Shown piece after piece: positions 59,701-64,000 of a stretch of DNA of 64,000 nt; the stretch's first letter is position 1; every line of letters begins with the position of its first letter. The translations under genes and the position numbers were made by a program. This DNA is from Sphingopyxis sp. Lineage in GTDB: Bacteria; Pseudomonadota; Alphaproteobacteria; Sphingomonadales; Sphingomonadaceae. Location of the stretch: assembly GCA_040080745.1 (NCBI GenBank), contig JBEBHS010000001.1:69469-133468 (forward strand). Direction: 5' to 3'. The notes under the pieces are model-generated. The model was not told where the DNA came from. It saw only the letters and a list, made by a program, of their open reading frames with translations, and did no database searches.

Positions 59701-61817
59701 GGCCACAGCTCGCCGCGACCGCCTTTGTCGCCGACACCCCCTATCGCCACCGTCGCGACGAATTGCAGGGCAATGGCCTCAGCGGCCCTTACCAGCTTGG
59801 CGCGCGCGATGTACTGGCCAACAGCGAGCGGATCATCATCGAGACACGCGACCGGCTGCGCTCGGACATCGTCGTGCGCAGCGTCACCTTGGCGCGCCAC
59901 ATCGATTACGACATCGACTATTTTGCCGGAACGCTACGCTTTCGCGAGCCTATCTTGAGCCGCGACCTGGGGCAGAACCCGCAATTCATCATCGCCGATT
60001 ACGAGGTTGCGGGCGTTGGCCAGCGCGTGCTCAACGCGGGTGGGCACGCCAGCTGGACCAGCACGGATGGCGCGCTGCGGATCGGCGGCACCTTCATCCA
60101 CGACGAAAGCGACGTCGCCCGCACCAATTTGGGCGGGGTTGACGTGCGTTTACGCCCCGATGCCAGCACCGAAATACGCGCCGAGTTTGCGATGAGCGAC
60201 ACCAGCGGCGCCAGCGTAAGCGGTGACGGCCGCGCGCACGGCTGGCTGATCGAGGCCGAACATCATGGCCGCACCTTTGACCTGCTCGCTTATGCCCGCG
60301 AACGTCAGGCCGGCTTTGGCGTCGGGCAACTCTCTGCTGCCGGTGAATCGAGCCGCCGCGTCGGCTTTGACGGCAAAGTGCGCGTGTCGCAAAGCGTTTC
60401 GCTGCTCGCCTCGGCATGGCAGGAGGACTATCTGAGCCGCAATGCCCGCCGCCGCGCCGCGCGGATGCTGGGCGAATGGCAGTCGCAGAACACGACGCTG
60501 CGCGCTGGCTTCACCTATGCCGATGATCATCTGTCCACGGGACAGCGCAACCGTTCGACCATCGCGCAATTGGGCGGCACCCAGCGGCTGTTCAATCAGC
60601 GGCTGGAACTGAGTGCGCAGACCGAGTTCGCGCTTGGCGGTCACAATGACAGCGTCGATTTTCCCGCGCGGCACAGCGTCGGCGCGCGGTTCAACGTGTC
60701 GCCCACGCTGGCGTTGGTTGGCAATTACGAGGTCGCTAGCGGCGGCACCATCGATGCCCGCACGCTGCGGGTCGGCTTTGATGTCCAGCCGTGGGAGGGC
60801 GCGCGCGCCAACCTGTCCGGTGCCAACCAAAATCTCGGCGAATATGGTCCGCGCAGCTTTGCCGCTTATGGCCTCACCCAATCGCTGGTGGTCAATGAGC
60901 GTGTGACGGTCGATGTGACACTCGACGGACAGCGCACGCTTGGCGGTATCAGCCTCAGCGACGTGCTCGACCCCGCGCACCCGCTGGCATCGGGCGGGTT
61001 CCTCGATGGCAGCGGCAGCATAACCGAAGATTTCATGGCGATGACGGCGGGCGCGACATACCGCACCGAGGATTGGAGCATCGCGCTGCGCGGTGAATAT
61101 CGTGACGGTGAAATCGTCAACCGCAGCGGCTTCACGCTCGGCGCTATTCGCCGGATTGGCGATGGACGCGCCTTTGGCGGCCTGTTCAGCTGGACCCGCG
61201 CAACCAGCAGCATCGCCGCGTCAACCGAAACGATGGCGGCCGAGCTGAGCTGGGCGCACCGCCCATCGGACAGCCGCTGGAGCGTGCTCGACAAGCTCGA
61301 GTTCCGGCTCGATGACGTGCGCGGCGCGGTTGCTGGCCTGCCTGGCCCGATCGGCGGCCCGGCGCTCACCGTGTCGGGCGATGTGCGTTCGCGCCGGGTG
61401 GTCAACAGCCTGGCGGTCAATTTCACCCCGCTGCGCCATCGTGGCGGCCTGTGGCGCGAAGCGGGCGAAGTCAGCCTGTTCTGGGGCGTTCGCTATGCCA
61501 GTGACCGCTTTGGCGTCGATGATGTCGCGGGCTGGTCAACCGTGATCGGCGCTGATTTTCGCTTTGATTTGCGCGAGATGGTGGCGCTCGGCGTTTCCGC
61601 CAATGCGCGGGTCGGCACGGGTGCGCGCACCACCGCGTGGAGCGTCGGCCCGCAAATCACCCTCACCCCGATGGCCAATGCCAACATCATCATTGGGTAT
61701 AACGTCCACGGCTTTAGCGACCGCGATTTCGAGGAAAACCGCTATAGCCGCCGCGGCGTCTATGCGACGTTCCGGCTCAAGTTCGACCAGACCAGCCTCA
61801 GCCGATTGGGGCTGTGA
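56736..61817 (+). CDS. giant multidomain outer-membrane protein (Ig-like/DUF11/CarboxypepD_reg-like N-terminal half, beta-barrel-like C-terminal half)
   Basis: About 1694 aa from MFTWNKTLISIAASAVAAFVPSSAVA; the ORF opens at 56691. DUF11 module VPGQAVQYRIEIRNGD...LTDDLP. SdrD-B/CarboxypepD_reg-like modules (DGRYHFEGVRPGTHVV, GDYRFPFVAPGTYRLVV). The last roughly 900 aa show amphipathic beta-strand periodicity. Confidence 0.7.
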   Translation: MFTWNKTLISIAASAVAAFVPSSAVARIISNVAQANWDSVSGQRSVRSNQVDIAVDSVPTPIQTMIYAINPPGSGQQSQINSSGCHGSGQGSAGVFEPPPTSSGGAVSLTPANEFAAGQPVAFGITSAADNLSATTRDTIEVTIRTALGDEEQLTLTEDAENSGFFVGYLPTVRMPPALVQRDCRLSVAPGSPVRLSLYRQGAPDPLASATVSFLVDPFGIVFDSGDGAPVAGARVTLINDATGQPAQVFGDDGVSSYPSTIVTGSTVTDSGGQSYVFPAGDYRFPFVAPGTYRLVVQPPDPYSWPSTASITDLAAFRRPDNGAPYTLGTFSYGAAFQLFTPAPVRVDIPIDRPNAALSVIKSASTAEAVPGQAVQYRIEIRNGDARRTTGAITLTDDLPHVVHLRINTIRYNGNLITPIIAPDGRRFTVTLPALAPATSGILTYLADIRPDSAPGDAINLAVARDNRGSVSNTGEANIRIHRDTLGDRMTIIGRLTNGGCAANPDTANGIGGVRVMMQDGSFAITDSDGRYHFEGVRPGTHVVQIDPSSLPPAHVALDCARNSRSADSAISRFVDGRGGELRRADFHAAPVTSEEVPADAAPETIARTAAPAHPAVAEDVAASGGSTDFFAGQSAGIDWLFPAPEHNPRNPSTRIAIKLLAGQSVQLSLDGNPVNPLNFDGSETSADGTFKISVWRGVELHEGDNRFTAQVTNADGSVAATLDRTVHLSGGPLSVTMVPSLSLPIADGLNRPVIAVRLTDRNGHPIRQGVVGDFAVEPPHRAALDIDTEQDRQLSGLDRGRTTWRVEGDDGIAYIELQPTTASGTARLSFTFRDDEVVRNQQLDVWLNPGNRPWTVVGFAAGTVGYNTLDDRMEPVAETLDSENVDGRIALYAKGRISGQWLMTLAYDSDHEEDEARFGGVIDPRAYYTIYADRADHGFDAASVRGLYLRLERPQFYALFGDFETGINEPELARYQRAMNGAKAEYRGPQLAATAFVADTPYRHRRDELQGNGLSGPYQLGARDVLANSERIIIETRDRLRSDIVVRSVTLARHIDYDIDYFAGTLRFREPILSRDLGQNPQFIIADYEVAGVGQRVLNAGGHASWTSTDGALRIGGTFIHDESDVARTNLGGVDVRLRPDASTEIRAEFAMSDTSGASVSGDGRAHGWLIEAEHHGRTFDLLAYARERQAGFGVGQLSAAGESSRRVGFDGKVRVSQSVSLLASAWQEDYLSRNARRRAARMLGEWQSQNTTLRAGFTYADDHLSTGQRNRSTIAQLGGTQRLFNQRLELSAQTEFALGGHNDSVDFPARHSVGARFNVSPTLALVGNYEVASGGTIDARTLRVGFDVQPWEGARANLSGANQNLGEYGPRSFAAYGLTQSLVVNERVTVDVTLDGQRTLGGISLSDVLDPAHPLASGGFLDGSGSITEDFMAMTAGATYRTEDWSIALRGEYRDGEIVNRSGFTLGAIRRIGDGRAFGGLFSWTRATSSIAASTETMAAELSWAHRPSDSRWSVLDKLEFRLDDVRGAVAGLPGPIGGPALTVSGDVRSRRVVNSLAVNFTPLRHRGGLWREAGEVSLFWGVRYASDRFGVDDVAGWSTVIGADFRFDLREMVALGVSANARVGTGARTTAWSVGPQITLTPMANANIIIGYNVHGFSDRDFEENRYSRRGVYATFRLKFDQTSLSRLGL

Positions 61818-61837
61818 TTTAGGGTCCTGACCCAAGG

Positions 61838-63109
61838 TTAATCCGCGAACAGCAGCACCGGAGTTTCAAGCAATTTTTTGAGCGCCTGAACAAAACAGGC
61901 AGCATCATAGCCATCGACGACGCGGTGATCGCAGCTGATCGACAGGTTCATCAGCTTGGCACGGGCAATGATTTCGGCACCGCTGGCATCGCGCGCGAAT
62001 ACGGGCCGCTCGACGATCCTGTTCGGGCCGATGATCGCCACTTCGGGGCGGTTGATGACCGGCGTGGTGGCAATGCCGCCGAGTGGACCGAGCGATGTGA
62101 CCGTCAGGGTCGAGCCGCTCAATTCCTCGCTCTTTGCAGAACCATTGCGAGAATTATCCGCCAATCTACTGATTTCATTAGCAAGTTGCCATATGTTCAG
62201 GCTTTGCGCATCGCGGATGACCGGAACCATCAGTCCGGCATCGCTCTGCGTCGCCATCCCCATGTGCACCGCCCCGTGCCGCGTCACCACCCCCGCCTCG
62301 TCGTCATAGCGCGCGTTGATCATCGGGAACGCGGGCACCGTGCGGCAAATCGCGGCGATCAGCAGCGGCAACATCGTCAGCTTGGGCTTGTTCCCGCGAT
62401 GGGCATTGAGGTCGGCGCGCATCGCTTCCAATGCGGTGACGTCGATCTCCTCGACATAGGTGAAATGCGGGATGGCGCGTTTTGACGCTGCCATATTTTC
62501 GGCGATGCGGCGGCGCATACCGATAACCCTAACCTGCTCGTCGGGGCGGGTCGTCGCGGGTACAGCGTAGCCCGCGCCGCTGTTATAGCGCAGATAGGCA
62601 TCAAGGTCGGCGTGGCGGACGCGGCCGTCGGCCGAAGGCTTCACCGCACACAAATCGATGCCGAGGTCGCTGGCCCGCGCCCGCACCGCCGGGGACGCGA
62701 GGGCCGCCATTTTCTCCCTCGCCCCTTCAGGGGAGAGGGTCGGGGAGAGGGGAGTATCAGCAGTTGCGCCCCCCTCTCCCAACCCTCTCCCCTGAAGGGG
62801 AGAGGGCTTTTCCGTAACCTCGGCCAGTATCGATTCTACGCTCGCCTCACCGCTCTCCTCCTCCTCAGCATCGGTCTCAATCACCATCAGCGCGGAACCG
62901 ATAGCAATCACATCGCCCTCACCGCCGCCAATTTCGACGACCACACCCGATACCGGCGATTCCATTTCAACCGTCGCCTTGTCGGTCATCATGTCGGCTA
63001 TTTGCTGATCCTCCTCGACCCTGTCCCCCACCGCAACGTGCAGCGCGACAATCTCTGCCTCGGCGATGCCTTCGCCAATATCGGGCAAGCGGAATGTGAA
63101 GCGCGCCAT
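61838..63109 (-). CDS. bkdB: branched-chain alpha-keto acid dehydrogenase E2 (lipoamide acyltransferase)
   Basis: Start at MARFTFRLPDIGEGIAEAEI. Lipoyl-Lys motif MTDKATVEMESP and catalytic DHRVVDG near the C-terminus. Confidence 0.92.
   Translation of the reverse strand: MARFTFRLPDIGEGIAEAEIVALHVAVGDRVEEDQQIADMMTDKATVEMESPVSGVVVEIGGGEGDVIAIGSALMVIETDAEEEESGEASVESILAEVTEKPSPLQGRGLGEGGATADTPLSPTLSPEGAREKMAALASPAVRARASDLGIDLCAVKPSADGRVRHADLDAYLRYNSGAGYAVPATTRPDEQVRVIGMRRRIAENMAASKRAIPHFTYVEEIDVTALEAMRADLNAHRGNKPKLTMLPLLIAAICRTVPAFPMINARYDDEAGVVTRHGAVHMGMATQSDAGLMVPVIRDAQSLNIWQLANEISRLADNSRNGSAKSEELSGSTLTVTSLGPLGGIATTPVINRPEVAIIGPNRIVERPVFARDASGAEIIARAKLMNLSISCDHRVVDGYDAACFVQALKKLLETPVLLFAD
62716..62806. 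repeat. compound palindromic repeat element inside the bkdB linker
   Basis: Arms ccctcgccccttcaggggagagggtcggggagagggg (62716-62752) and cccctctcccaaccctctcccctgaaggggagaggg (62771-62806) are about 34/37 complementary. Each arm also contains its own ccctc.cccc-ttca-ggggagaggg hairpin. Confidence 0.8.
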
Positions 63110-63114
63110 GATCG

Positions 63115-64000
63115 TTAGTCCTTCAACAATTTCTCTATCGCCGTGGCGATGCGGACAGGCCCCGGAAAATACGCCCATTCGAGGCTGTGTGGATAGGGGG
63201 TATCAAAACCGGTCACGCGCTCTATCGGCGCTTCGAGCTGGTAAAAACAGCGTTCCTGGACCTGCGCCGACAGTTCGGCACCGAACCCCGATGTCTTTGT
63301 GGCTTCGTGGACGATCAGGCAGCGGCCGGTCTTTTTCACCGAGCCCTCAATAGTTGCAATGTCGAGCGGAACCAGCGTGCGCAGGTCGATAATCTCGGCG
63401 TCAACGCCCATTTCCGCGACCATCACCTCCACCACATGGACCATCGTGCCATAAGCGAGGATGGTCATCGCCTCGCCCGCGCGGGCAATCCGCGCCTGGC
63501 CTAGCGCGATGCGATAATAGCCTTCGGGAACTTCGCTGCCGGCATGCTTGGCCCACGGTTCGACCGGGCGGTCATAATAGCCCGAAAACGGCCCGTTATA
63601 GATGCGTTTGGGTTCAAAGAAGATCGTCGGGTCATTATCCTCTATCGCCGCGATCAGCAGCCCCTTGGCGTCATAGGGCGTCGCGGGAATGACGGTTCTA
63701 ACCCCCGACACATGGGTGAAAATCCCCTCTGGCGACTGGCTGTGCGTCTGTCCGCCAAATATGCCGCCGCCAAACGGTGAGCGCACCGTCATCGGCGCAA
63801 TGAAATCGCACGCCGAGCGATAGCGCAGCCGCGCCGCCTCGCTCACCAATTGATCGAGCGCGGGGTAAATATAATCAGCGAATTGGATTTCGGGAACGGG
63901 GCGCAGGCCATAGGCCCCCATCCCCACCGCAACACCAATGATCCCGCATTCGGTGATCGGCGTGTCAAACACTCGCGTCTTGCCGTGCCTGGCCTGCAAA
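63115..64000 (-). CDS. bkdA2: branched-chain alpha-keto acid dehydrogenase E1 beta subunit (5' end outside the window)
   Basis: 294 aa visible, with VFDTPITECGIIG and transketolase-C-like regions. It lies directly upstream of bkdB. Truncated by the window edge. Confidence 0.9.
   Translation of the reverse strand, partial: LQARHGKTRVFDTPITECGIIGVAVGMGAYGLRPVPEIQFADYIYPALDQLVSEAARLRYRSACDFIAPMTVRSPFGGGIFGGQTHSQSPEGIFTHVSGVRTVIPATPYDAKGLLIAAIEDNDPTIFFEPKRIYNGPFSGYYDRPVEPWAKHAGSEVPEGYYRIALGQARIARAGEAMTILAYGTMVHVVEVMVAEMGVDAEIIDLRTLVPLDIATIEGSVKKTGRCLIVHEATKTSGFGAELSAQVQERCFYQLEAPIERVTGFDTPYPHSLEWAYFPGPVRIATAIEKLLKD

Overview
GC-rich alphaproteobacterial chromosome segment; the lon-hup-tRNA-Val and zapA-6S-5FCL synteny and the class I FBA-pgk-gap-tkt block look Sphingomonadales-like, but that is an inference. 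All calls come from reading the supplied translations and the DNA by eye. No searches were run.

Housekeeping content:
- nuoA-F (minus strand) with a small embedded membrane ORF
- suhB-efp, ispB, chorismate mutase
- lon, with a sigma-32-like promoter, then hup
- thiE-fba-pgk-gap-tkt
- zapA / candidate 6S RNA / 5-formyl-THF cyclo-ligase
- an AI-2E transporter, bkdB and bkdA2
- tRNA-Val(CAC) and tRNA-Asp(GTC)

Accessory blocks:
1. A roughly 17.6 kb Wzy-type exopolysaccharide locus (7785-25409). It carries GDP-fucose and UDP-xylose genes, a second GMD-like enzyme plus a methyltransferase, an AsnB-like amidotransferase, Wza and Wzc. No flippase or priming transferase is recognisable.
2. A signal-peptide CHAT protease translationally coupled to a two-partner secretion pair, TpsB plus a 2329-aa glycine-repeat TpsA (29605-41594). 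An OmpR/HK/PepSY module lies beside it.
3. A four-gene operon (54037-61817) of three secreted DUF11-type proteins and a roughly 1700-aa protein with an apparent C-terminal beta-barrel. I suspect an undescribed surface-fibre assembly system.

Smaller oddities:
- twin inverted 77-bp hairpin elements upstream of gmd
- a repeat-dense AT-rich control region inside the EPS locus
- an 81-bp tandem repeat beside tRNA-Val
- a compound palindromic element sitting in frame in the bkdB linker
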